In this document: piece by piece, positions 18,586-27,327 of the stretch
Position numbering within the stretch: position 1 is the first letter of the stretch
Layout: each line of letters begins with the position of its first letter
From: an uncultured Nitrososphaerota archaeon
GTDB taxonomy: Archaea > Thermoproteota > Methanomethylicia > Nezhaarchaeales > WYZ-LMO8
Assembly: GCA_964562935.1 (NCBI GenBank)
Contig: CAZLVJ010000003.1
Location: 1-42,704 of the forward strand
Reading direction: 5' to 3'
Length of the DNA: 42,704 nt
The notes under the pieces: model-generated
Told to the model about the DNA's origin: nothing
Database searches by the model: none
Seen by the model: only the letters and a program-made list of their open reading frames with translations
Program-made: the position numbers and the translations under genes

Positions 18586-19685
18586 ATGAGTGGGTGCGCT
18601 CTCGTGAAGTTCTTCGAGGCCAGGAGCGTGGAGTGGAGAGACGGGGTCGTGAGGCTCATAGATCAAAACGCCCTGCCCTGGGAGCTGCGTTACGTGGAGT
18701 GCAGGAGCCCCGAAGAGGTCGCGAGGGCCATAAAGGACATGACCGTGAGGGGGGCTCCAGCGATAGGGGTTGCTACTGCCATGGGGATAGCGCTCGCGGC
18801 TTACCACTCAAACGCCAAGAGCTTAGAGGCGCTCCTGAGGGAGGTCGAGGAGGCGGCTCGGGCTCTGTCTAGGGCCAGGCCAACAGCTAGAAACCTCTTC
18901 TGGGCCATCGAGAGGATGATGAGTGCCGTCAAGAGGGCCAAGAGCCTTGAGCAGGCCAAAAGGATTGCCGTGGACGAGGCCATTAAGATGGCGGAAGAGG
19001 ACGTTGAGGTGAACAGGAGGATAGGCGAGATAGGCGCCTCCCTGATAGAGGACGGCGACGCGATACTGACCCACTGCAAACAGCTGGGCTGAGTAGGCCC
19101 AGCTGGCAGATTGCGGGGGCGCTGGCGACTGTAGGGTACGGCACGGCCCTAGGCGTGATTAGGAGCGCGGTTGCCCAGGGGAAGAGGGTAAAGGTCATAG
19201 CGACCGAGACGAGGCCGAGGCTCCAAGGGGCGAAGCTGACGGTGTACGAGCTCAAGAGGGACGGCATAGACGTGACGCTCATAACGGACAACATGGTCGG
19301 CTACGTCATGAGCCAGGGGATGGTGGACAAGGTCGTCGTGGGGGCAGACAGAGTGTTGAGGGACGGGCACGTGGCCAACAAGATAGGGACTCTGACCATA
19401 GCCATAGTGGCCAAGAGGTACTCAGTGCCCTTCTACGTGGCGGCCCCCTCCTCGACGTTCGACTTGAGCTCGAGGGTCGAGGACGTGGTCATAGAGCAGA
19501 GGGATCCGAGAGAGGTTCTGGAGGTTAACGGGAGGCCTATAACGATAGACGTGGAGGTCCTCAACCCGGCTTTCGACGTAACGCCGCCCGACTTGGTAAC
19601 CGCGATAATAACGGAGAAGGGCATAATAAGGCCTCCTTACCACGAGAACATACCCAAGACTGTAGCGAAGGCGACAAACGTTTAA
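18586..19685 (+). CDS. mtnA: Methylthioribose-1-phosphate isomerase (eIF2B-like family), spliced: join(18586..19079,19112..19685), 355 aa
   Basis: IDQ..LP, MTVRGAPAIG, ARPTA.NL, and after removal of the 32-nt insert [44 protein letters not shown]; the two ORF-track fragments are in different frames; true start may be GTG 18604. Confidence 0.9.
19080..19111 (+). other. Putative BHB-type mRNA intron (32 nt) in mtnA
   Basis: CUGC(19074-77)/GCAG(19106-09) 4-bp helix, bulges AA|A and AU|U, 9-bp intron stem CAGCUGGGC/GCCCAGCUG; splicing gives AA+U = Asn of HCNAG. Confidence 0.85.
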
Positions 19686-19802
19686 CTGGACCCTGCAAAC
19701 TATAGCGTGGGCGATGAAAGGTCAGAGTTAAGATGAACGGTGATTAAAAGGCATTAGGTTGAGCCCCAAGAGATAAAAATGTGAGTGCTCAAGTAGAGAG
19801 GG

Positions 19803-19880
19803 GCGGCCGTCGTCTAGCCTGGACTAGGACACCAGCCTTCCACGCTGGCGACCCGGGTTCAAATCCCGGCGGCCGCACCA
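19803..19880 (+). tRNA. tRNA-Gly(TCC) with encoded CCA
   Basis: GCGGCCG/CGGCCGC acceptor, CCAGC-CT-TCC-AC-GCTGG anticodon arm, GTTCAAATC T-loop, ACCA; AT-rich gataaaaat about 25 nt upstream. Confidence 0.95.
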
Positions 19881-20107
19881 GAACACATCAACTGATGAGG
19901 GTTTCGTCGGCGACTCTCCTTTGCTTCACGGCACATGTCGCCGCCGTGAAACATGGAGCGCACACATCCTTGATTATTGACGGCCCTCTGAGCGCTAGAT
20001 TGCAAACAAGCCTTAGGCCTCTACGGGTCAACGATCTTGACTATTCAAGGCTTTGAATTCCGCGATTTGTCAGTCTAAGGAGTATCTGGGCAGATCCTCC
20101 CTTAGAC

Positions 20108-20210
20108 ATTACTTGGCCTAAGGGAGGATATGGGACAAGCAAGACCATGTTCTTGATACAGTTCCTGTACAGGGGGCCATGGAGAGAAGGACGTCTACGC
20201 GGACTTCACA
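20108..20210 (+). pseudogene. Relic of KaiC/RAD55-like RecA-family ATPase
   Basis: Translates ITWPKGGYGTSKTMFLIQFLYRG then, after a frameshift, HGEKDVYADF; resembles G.PGTGKT...QFLY.G...GE.GVYV; no intact ORF. Confidence 0.5.
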
Positions 20211-20574
20211 GCCGATGAGGTAAACAGCTTGCCGAGGGTCTGCATTAGGCGCTACCGGAGCTCAGGCCGGAGCCATACGTCGCAGAGCTCGAGAGAGCGG
20301 CTAGTCTAATAGAGGGTCCTCGTCGAAGAAGCGACCTCAACGCCTCTTGTGCAACTCCTTACACCTACTTGACCTCATACATTGCTTGGCCTATGACCTC
20401 ATGCGTAGACCCATAAATGGAGCGGCAAGCCCTCACAGGTCTGAAATAATCAACCTAATAAAGATTAAGCAACAGGCAGATCACGTAAAAGGCTACGTGA
20501 ATGACTAGATGAGCGTGTGGTGAAGCAAAAGGATCATAGCTACAACAATCATAGCAAGTTCTGGAAGTGCTATC

Positions 20575-20750
20575 TACCAAAAGCCATCATCATAACTCCC
20601 TAGAGGCCTCTTTTCGTCGCCAACATCTTCGTAGAGGATTTGTGGGGTTATGCGTGTCTAAACCGGCCTATTTGATGACGTTATTGTTCATGGCAGTGAT
20701 GTATGCGATACCCATGAAGCCCATTTAGAGATAGCCGAACGCTAAGAACA
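20575..20750 (-). pseudogene. Possible relic of an OFA-like MFS transporter
   Basis: Stop-interrupted fragments MFLAFGYL*MGFMGIAYITAM..VIK* and KRGL*GVMMMAFG resemble the MFS TM4-TM5 region. Confidence 0.35.
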
Positions 20751-20880
20751 TCTGAGAAGGCCTAGGCACTCTGGTACTTCACTTACTGCGATTAGACGAA
20801 CCCTAAAGAGTCTAAGTAAACCCTAGAGCCAAAACTCAGTAAAGGCTCTAAGATATTATGGATAGACATCGGATATCTTA

Positions 20881-20922
20881 ACCACAAGTAAGCTCAGCAC
20901 CACAAGTCTTATAAGCTCAGCA
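20881..20922 (+). repeat. Imperfect tandem duplication over the promoter of the second Liv cluster
   Basis: accacaagt-aagctcagc then accacaagt-cttat-aagctcagc; the second copy carries TATA-like cttataag. Confidence 0.6.
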
Positions 20923-20971
20923 TTCTCTATACGCAATCTGGGCTTTCTACTGATTTGAGAGGGACTCTTTT

Positions 20972-22216
20972 ATGTCGAAGAAAGCCTTCCCTAAGATGAG
21001 GGTCGCAGTAATCTCCATAATCATAATTGTCGCCATTATTGCTGGGGTAGCTTACTATTACGTCACACTTCCTGGACCAGCACCGACGCCTCCATTGCCA
21101 CCGATAAAAATAGGCCTAGTAGGAGAGCTCACTGGACCTTGGGCTTATAGTGGCACAGGGCAGCTTGAGGGGATAAGATTTGCTGTGGAGAAAATAAATA
21201 GAGAGGGAGGAGTGCTGGGCCGCAATATCGAGGTCATAGTCACTGACTCGAAAAGCGATCCCAGCGAGGCCGTCACTCTCTTTAGAAGGTTAGTGGAAGT
21301 TGACAAGGTCTCAGCAGCAATAGGTGGGCTCTCGAGCAGTGTTGCCATTGCTCTTAGCCCAGAGGCAGATAAAGCCGGGGTCCCAATAATAATGAGCTGG
21401 GCTGCATCAGAAAAAGTACATAGAAAGGACTCCCGCTATGTGTTTAGAGGCCCAGTCCCACTCGTGCCCTGTGCAATGCAAAGTGTAACTGAGTACATTA
21501 AGAGCCAAGGATATAAGCGCGTAGGCATGCTCGTTGCTGACTATGCTTTTGGTCGATCCGTCGAGGCCTGGCTGAAAAGCTATCTTGAGGCCCTTCCAGG
21601 CGTTCAAGTAGCTGTTGAAGTTGCACCCGTTGGGGAGACCGACTTCACCTCGTACATTCGAAAACTCCAAGCCTTTAACCCAGAAGTTTTGGTTAACGCG
21701 CATCCTCCTAGAGGCGCCTCTGCGATTAAACAGATGATAGAAATGGGAATGAAACCAGAGGTCCTTATCGCATATTGTCCTGACTGGACCGAGCTTTGGG
21801 AAGCACTACGAGATGACGTTTTCCAAATAAAATTGATACACATCTGGGGCTCCTTCGACCCGAGCAACCCTGACTACATAAGGGTCGCAGAGGAATTCAG
21901 AGAGAAGATGGGCAAGTTCATGGATATATCTCAAGTGGTAGGTTACATCCAGATCAATCTCCTTGCTGAGGCCATCAAACTAGCAAATTCCGCAGAGCCT
22001 GAAAAGATAAGAGATGCCTTAAGTCAGATAAGCTATAAGTCCTTCTTGGCCTTCCCCCTAAGTTACATGCCTTGGGGTGAGCTTAGAGAGCCGCGCACAG
22101 TAATGACCGTCTTCAAACCAGGGCCGCCACCAGGCAGAGTAAACCCAGGAGCCGAATGGCACCCCGAGGCAATCTACATATCCCCACCATTAAAGCCCTA
22201 CGTCCCGGAGGAGTAG
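20972..22216 (+). CDS. Liv-family ABC substrate-binding protein with N-terminal membrane anchor
   Basis: Hydrophobic N-terminus, Pro linker, IKIGLVGELTG, INREGGVLGR, DYAFG. Confidence 0.9.
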   Translation: MSKKAFPKMRVAVISIIIIVAIIAGVAYYYVTLPGPAPTPPLPPIKIGLVGELTGPWAYSGTGQLEGIRFAVEKINREGGVLGRNIEVIVTDSKSDPSEAVTLFRRLVEVDKVSAAIGGLSSSVAIALSPEADKAGVPIIMSWAASEKVHRKDSRYVFRGPVPLVPCAMQSVTEYIKSQGYKRVGMLVADYAFGRSVEAWLKSYLEALPGVQVAVEVAPVGETDFTSYIRKLQAFNPEVLVNAHPPRGASAIKQMIEMGMKPEVLIAYCPDWTELWEALRDDVFQIKLIHIWGSFDPSNPDYIRVAEEFREKMGKFMDISQVVGYIQINLLAEAIKLANSAEPEKIRDALSQISYKSFLAFPLSYMPWGELREPRTVMTVFKPGPPPGRVNPGAEWHPEAIYISPPLKPYVPEE

Positions 22217-22244
22217 CGCAACATTTTTGCAGAGGACAAGGTCG

Positions 22245-22979
22245 ATGTCCCTCTTACTAAGAGGGGAGTCCATCACTAAGAAGTTCGGCGGCCTTTTAGT
22301 TCTCAATGGCGTAAGTTTTGAGGTTAATAAAGGCGAGATCGTAGGTCTCATAGGTCCCAATGGAGCTGGCAAAACTACTCTCTTTAACATAATTTCGGGG
22401 GTCTTTCCACCTACTAGTGGTAAAATAATCTTCGAGGGAAAGGACATAACAGGCCTTAAATCGCACCAAATTTGTAAGCTAGGGATTGCGAGGACCTTTC
22501 AGCTTGTTAGGCCATTTAGTAACATGAGCGTTCTTGAGAACGTTTTAAGCGGTGCTTTATTTGGGAGAGACGGAACCGTTGACTTAGAGAAGGCTAGAGA
22601 AAGAGCCTTATCTGTGTTAGATTTCGTGGGCCTTAGAAAGATGGATGTTTTGGCAAAGAACTTGACCTTGCACGAGAAAAAGTTATTGGAAATTGCAAGA
22701 GCTCTAGCTACCAATCCCAAGGTCTTGTTGATTGATGAAGTCATGGCCGGGCTTAACGCTATAGAAATACAGGATACCATGAAGCTAATCAGGAGGATAA
22801 GAGACGAGCTAGGAGTAACGATAATTTGGATCGAGCACGTAATGAGGGCTGTGATGGGCTTGGCCGAACGGGTGATAGTTCTCGCTTATGGTAGGGTAAT
22901 AGCTGATGGCAAGCCAGAGGAGGTTGCCAACAACCCAGCCGTTATAGATGCTTACCTAGGAGGGGAGTTCATTGAGTGA
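22245..22979 (+). CDS. livG: ABC ATP-binding protein (LivG-like)
   Basis: GPNGAGKTT, GIARTFQ, IDEVMAGL. Confidence 0.92.
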   Translation: MSLLLRGESITKKFGGLLVLNGVSFEVNKGEIVGLIGPNGAGKTTLFNIISGVFPPTSGKIIFEGKDITGLKSHQICKLGIARTFQLVRPFSNMSVLENVLSGALFGRDGTVDLEKARERALSVLDFVGLRKMDVLAKNLTLHEKKLLEIARALATNPKVLLIDEVMAGLNAIEIQDTMKLIRRIRDELGVTIIWIEHVMRAVMGLAERVIVLAYGRVIADGKPEEVANNPAVIDAYLGGEFIE

Positions 22980-23688
22980 TGAAGTGTTGTCTGTTAAGAA
23001 CGTCTACGTCTCCTACGGGGATTTTCTCGTCCTCAAGGACATCAGTCTAGAGGTAAAGGAAGGAGAGATAGTCTTGATCTTGGGTGCCAACGGCGCCGGA
23101 AAAACAACACTCTTGAAAACGATTGCAGGCCTTTTACGGCCAATTAAAGGAGAAATACGTTTTCTCGGCAAGCGTATAGACGGCCTTCACCCTTACGAGA
23201 TAGTGAAAATGGGTATAGGTTATGTGCCAGCCGAAAGAGACCTCTTCCCCTTAATGAGCGTTATGGAAAACCTCGAGATGGGAGCCTATATAGCTAGAGC
23301 GAGGAAGCAAAAAGAAGAACGACTTCGATTTGTTTTCGAGCTCTTCCCGGTTTTAAAAGAGCGAAAAGATCAATTAGCTAGCACGCTTAGCGGCGGTGAG
23401 CAACAGATGTTAGCCATAGCACGAGCATTGATGACCTCGCCCAAACTCCTCATGCTCGATGAACCCTCTTTTGGGCTCGCCCCTAAGCTACTACCTAAAC
23501 TTTTCAAAACAATAAAGCAGATCAATCTTGAGGGCACCGCCGTTTTGATCGTTGAGCAAAACGTTCGCCAGACACTAAGTATAGCCGATAGAGTGTATGT
23601 CTTGGAAAATGGGAGCATAATCCTTGAAGGTCCTAGTGACAGGATTCGAAATGACCCGTTAGTAAGAAAAGCCTACTTAGGAATTTAG
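22972..23688 (+). CDS. livF: ABC ATP-binding protein (LivF-like)
   Basis: GANGAGKTT, LSGGEQQMLAIARAL, LDEPS. Confidence 0.92.
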   Translation: MSDEVLSVKNVYVSYGDFLVLKDISLEVKEGEIVLILGANGAGKTTLLKTIAGLLRPIKGEIRFLGKRIDGLHPYEIVKMGIGYVPAERDLFPLMSVMENLEMGAYIARARKQKEERLRFVFELFPVLKERKDQLASTLSGGEQQMLAIARALMTSPKLLMLDEPSFGLAPKLLPKLFKTIKQINLEGTAVLIVEQNVRQTLSIADRVYVLENGSIILEGPSDRIRNDPLVRKAYLGI

Positions 23689-23699
23689 GGGGTTTATTC

Positions 23700-24563
23700 T
23701 TGCTAGTAATAGAGTTACTACTTGATGGAATATCCTTCGGATTAATGCTCTCACTGCTGGGAGTGGGAATCACACTAATATTCGGGCTTGGGGAAATTTT
23801 GAACTTAGCACATGGAGAGTTCGTCGTGATTTGCACCATTTTGGCGCTAATTTTCATGAGCGGGGGAATGGACGTTTTCTTGAGCATAGTACTGAGCCTG
23901 GTAATCACTGGGTTAATAGGCGTAGCCTTTGAGAGGCTTTTGTTATTTCCAGTTTATCGCGAAAGAGGTGAGGTGCGAATACTTATGGGAATATTCATGA
24001 CGTACGGGCTATCTTTGGCCATACACAGCTATTTGGTGAACACTTTCCCTAAGGTGCACTTTTCAGTGAGGTTACCCTATAGGGAACTAATAATAGGCGG
24101 GCTGTCCGTAAGGCCCTCTACTCTTCTGGCGGCGATCATCGCAACTTCTGCGCTGATATTGCTCGGCCTCTTCCTCAAGAGAACGTATGTAGGCAAGGCC
24201 GTCAGGACTGTCGCTCAGAATGAAGTAGGAGCGCAACTTTGTGGTGTAAACCCTGCAAACCTTCGAACATTGATATTTGCGCTTGGCACAGCTATGGCGG
24301 GCCTCGCTGGAATTCTCTACGGCCTAATTGCCACGGTAACCGCTACTCTCGGTCTTGATTTTACCACCTTCGCCATAATAGTTGCAATAGCTGGTGGGGT
24401 GAGGAGCGTCTACGGCGCTATAGTAAGCGGCATCATCTTGGGTATAGTGCATGCATTCAGTAGCTTCTTTTTTGGAGCATCACTTTCACTTGTAATCTTT
24501 CTTATCGCCGTGATTCTCATAGTCCTAGCGCGGCCTGAGGGGGTCCTCGGTGAGAAAAGTTAA
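23700..24563 (+). CDS. livH: ABC permease (LivH-like)
   Basis: GITLIFG...ILNLAHGEF, GKAVR.VAQN, RPEG.LG. Confidence 0.9.
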   Translation: MLVIELLLDGISFGLMLSLLGVGITLIFGLGEILNLAHGEFVVICTILALIFMSGGMDVFLSIVLSLVITGLIGVAFERLLLFPVYRERGEVRILMGIFMTYGLSLAIHSYLVNTFPKVHFSVRLPYRELIIGGLSVRPSTLLAAIIATSALILLGLFLKRTYVGKAVRTVAQNEVGAQLCGVNPANLRTLIFALGTAMAGLAGILYGLIATVTATLGLDFTTFAIIVAIAGGVRSVYGAIVSGIILGIVHAFSSFFFGASLSLVIFLIAVILIVLARPEGVLGEKS

Positions 24564-25512
24564 CGTCATTCAAAATTTCATAATCTTCACGGCGTACATC
24601 ATTTTACCCCTACTACTAAACAACCCTTATCAGCTAAGAGTACTAAATTTGTTAGTGATCTTCACTTTGTTCACGATTTCTTCGAACATCATTTTTGGGC
24701 ATACAAGACAGCTGTTCCTATGTCATGGTGCACTTATAGGCGTAGGTGCATATACGTCTGCTCTTTTGCCTAAGAGTCTTGCCATCCCTCCTTGGGTCGT
24801 GATCCCATTAGGTGCCCTGTTTTCCGCGTGCATCGGCTCCTCTATTAGCGCTATTTCATCTATAAGAAGGTTAAGCATCGTGCTCATGGCTGTTCTCACC
24901 CTATCCCTTCAGATAATTTTTGGAGAGGTGATTGTTGGTTTTCGTGAAATAACGGGTGGGGATGAGGGTCTTGTGCTTCGACACGACATAATCCAAGTAC
25001 CAAGCGCTATAAATAGAGAAATACTATATTATTACCTGTTCGTCCTTCTCTTGCTCGTATCGATAATAATCTACAACAGAATAGTTAATTCGCATATAGG
25101 AGTAGCTTTCAAATGTATCGTAGAAGACGAAATCGCTGCGTCTTCGGTCGGGGTTAATGTTGTTAAGTATAAGATCCTCTCGGCTTTTATCGGATCCTTT
25201 TTACTTGGGCTAACAGGAGGTGTGTACGCCTATTACAACCTTTACATAAGTCCTTCGCTATTTAACCTAGACCTTTACATCCTTGTCATGTTAGTCTTCG
25301 GCGGAATGGGAACGTTAGCAGGACCTTTGCTGGGAGCTGGCGTCTTTACGTTGGTTTTTGAACTTCTACGGCCTATGGGCCCGATGACTACGTTGATATT
25401 TGGCGTCCTCCTCATCATTTTGTTCTTATACTTTAGGGAGGGGCTAGTAGCATGGCTAAGGAGGTTGCCGACATTACATCGTAGCATAAGTGGAAGGACG
25501 TTAGCAAAGTGA
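24550..25512 (+). CDS. livM: ABC permease (LivM-like)
   Basis: NIIFGHT.QL, TGGDEG, EDEIAA..GVN, GGMGTL.GP. Confidence 0.88.
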   Translation: MRKVNVIQNFIIFTAYIILPLLLNNPYQLRVLNLLVIFTLFTISSNIIFGHTRQLFLCHGALIGVGAYTSALLPKSLAIPPWVVIPLGALFSACIGSSISAISSIRRLSIVLMAVLTLSLQIIFGEVIVGFREITGGDEGLVLRHDIIQVPSAINREILYYYLFVLLLLVSIIIYNRIVNSHIGVAFKCIVEDEIAASSVGVNVVKYKILSAFIGSFLLGLTGGVYAYYNLYISPSLFNLDLYILVMLVFGGMGTLAGPLLGAGVFTLVFELLRPMGPMTTLIFGVLLIILFLYFREGLVAWLRRLPTLHRSISGRTLAK

Positions 25513-25575
25513 AGGGATTTGCTTAAGCCCCCCTTGCAGTAGTTGAGGAGGATAACGTGACAGGGTAGGGGTCTA

Positions 25576-25605
25576 GGTTTCATAGGGGTTTATGTGGTTT
25601 TATAT
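25576..25605 (+). repeat. Three 10-bp-phased direct repeats at the IS607 right end
   Basis: ggtttcatag / gggtttatgt / ggttttatat; IS607 ends carry directly repeated TnpA-binding motifs. Confidence 0.6.
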
Positions 25606-25714
25606 GAACCCCTCTGCCCTTGGCCTCACCACCCTCAGCACCCCATTTCATCGAGGTGCATATCACGGGGTTCCGCCCGCTCAGGGTGACCCCGGCCCAT
25701 AGCTCGTCCTTCAT

Positions 25715-26885
25715 CTATGTGTCCGGATCATTGCCGTGGGGGAGCCCCCGCATCTTAGCGTGCTTGAGGTACACGTTTATCGACGCGAGCTTCTGCCTAT
25801 CTAGCTCGAGCCCGCACTTCTCACACTTGAACACCCTGCCCACTCGGGTCTTCGCGACTAACCCGCATCGCGGGCAGGTTCGAGAAGTTTTTAGGTGAGA
25901 CTTTAACCACAAGTGCTTTCTCAGAAAGCTTTCTCTGTATGAGCTTCCAAGGGGTTCTAGCGTTTCTCTTCCTCCTGCTCTTCGGTGCTCTCTTTTTGCT
26001 TATCAAGTCCTCCTTCTCCAAGTCTTCAAGGATGTGCACGCTGTTTGGGAATAGTGCGACCAATCCCTCGGCGAGCTTGTTGATGAAGTCCCTTTCCCTA
26101 TCGCGCTCCCTCTTAACATACTTCTCATATACTTCCCTCTTGTTCTCGCTTTGAGCAACCGCTTTCTTCTCGTAGACAATCTTCATGCTCTGGAGCAGTC
26201 TCAGGTCTACTTTTATGAACCCTAGTTGCGGGGAGAAGCCGTCCAGCGACAGCTCGTTGGAGTCCCACGCTATAACGTCTCTCACTTCAACAACTCTAGT
26301 CGATTTAAACGGAATAAGTATCCTGTCATCCTTTAATACGACCTCTCCAACTCTCCAGCCCTCAACTCTCCTACTGAACCACCTGCCAGTCCACGAGACC
26401 TCTAGGTGCTCCCCCGGTCTAATCGTGATTCTAATAGTTTTCTTTACGTAGTCTACACTCATTAATGTTATCTTGCACCTAGTGAACCTCTTCTTAACCT
26501 TAGGCTTGACCTTTCTCGCCCTTCCCTTGAGGTACCTCTTCCTCCAGGACTCCATAATGGAGTACGCAGTTCTAATCACAGCATCGACCCAGTGTTTAGC
26601 ATAGGGACAATCCTTTAGTAGCTCGTCACGCAACTGCTTCTTGAACGACTTGCTCTTAGGTAGCTCAAGGGCCTTGACCTTGTAGGATGTAGTAACCTTT
26701 AGCTTCCCGCCCCTCCTCTCCACTCTTGGAAACACGTACTTCCACTCGATGTTCTCCCAGATGACGTCTATTGCTCTCTGTAGTGTTTTCAGATACCACG
26801 AAACCAGCTCTCTAACCCTAGAGTCGCTTATCGGTATGGAGTACATCTTAACTTGTTCAAGGGTCTTCAACGAGCTTCCTTGCAC
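25715..26885 (-). pseudogene. tnpB: TnpB (RNA-guided nuclease family), frameshifted near 25890
   Basis: RuvC-I AWDSN and RuvC-II LEDL in ORF 25821-26885; TSRTCPRCG...FKCEKCG..DRQKLASIN zinc finger/RuvC-III in a different frame (25715-25912). Confidence 0.85.
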
Positions 26886-27285
26886 TCTCGACGACCTCCT
26901 TGTACTTGTGGCTCCTCATACCGTAGAGCTTCTCGGCGAAGTGAGAGATTATCGTTATTAAATCCTCTACGAGTTCTTCTCTTGGGTCTTTGTCCTCGCG
27001 GTTTAAGACGACTACTTCTACTCCAAACGCACACAGTAGCTCTCTCAGTGTTTCAAATCCAAACCTCGTCAGTCTATCAGGGTATGCTACGACTACTTTT
27101 GATATCCTCTTTTCGACTGCTAGCTTTAGTACCTTCTTGAACCCCCTCCTATCTTCGTTTAAGCCGCTACCGATATCTGTTATCACTTCGTAGTCTGCGA
27201 TATCGTTGCTCTTAGCCCACTCCTCCAGCGTTTTGACCTGTCTCTCTAGGTCATCTCTCTGAGTACTCGATGAGCCTCTGGCGTC
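26857..27285 (-). pseudogene. tnpA: IS607 TnpA serine recombinase, N-terminally truncated
   Basis: DARGSSSTQRDDLERQ (degenerate YARVSS), DIGSGLN..R.GF, DRLTRFGF, EELVEDL..II..F..KLYG.RS; in-frame stops just upstream, no MerR-type HTH. Confidence 0.85.
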
Positions 27286-27327
27286 GAGCCTCTATCATGC
27301 GCATGGATGACCTCTCAAGCCTTAAAT

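Larger units (their letters stand above)
25563..27285 (-). mobile_element. Decayed IS607-family element (tnpA serine recombinase + tnpB)
   Basis: Overlapping tnpA-tnpB pair; right end with 10-bp-periodic repeats; left end and tnpA HTH missing; boundaries approximate. Confidence 0.85.

Noticed and set aside
18127-18872. ORF-track entries overlapping tRNA-Leu and mtnA (18127-18309, 18278-18466, 18427-18807, 18543-18872) and 19781-20056 over tRNA-Gly
   Set aside because: No recognisable motifs; most overlap better-supported RNA or protein genes
19081-19105. Selenocysteine TGA with SECIS-like hairpin, programmed frameshift or terminator in mtnA
   Set aside because: The downstream half is in another frame, a frameshift would leave extra residues at the active site, and there is no U-tract after the hairpin
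18586-19685. mtnA and rps5 as pseudogenes or genuinely split two-subunit genes
   Set aside because: Both halves are otherwise intact, the second ORFs start after conserved residues that would be lost, and uS5 is essential
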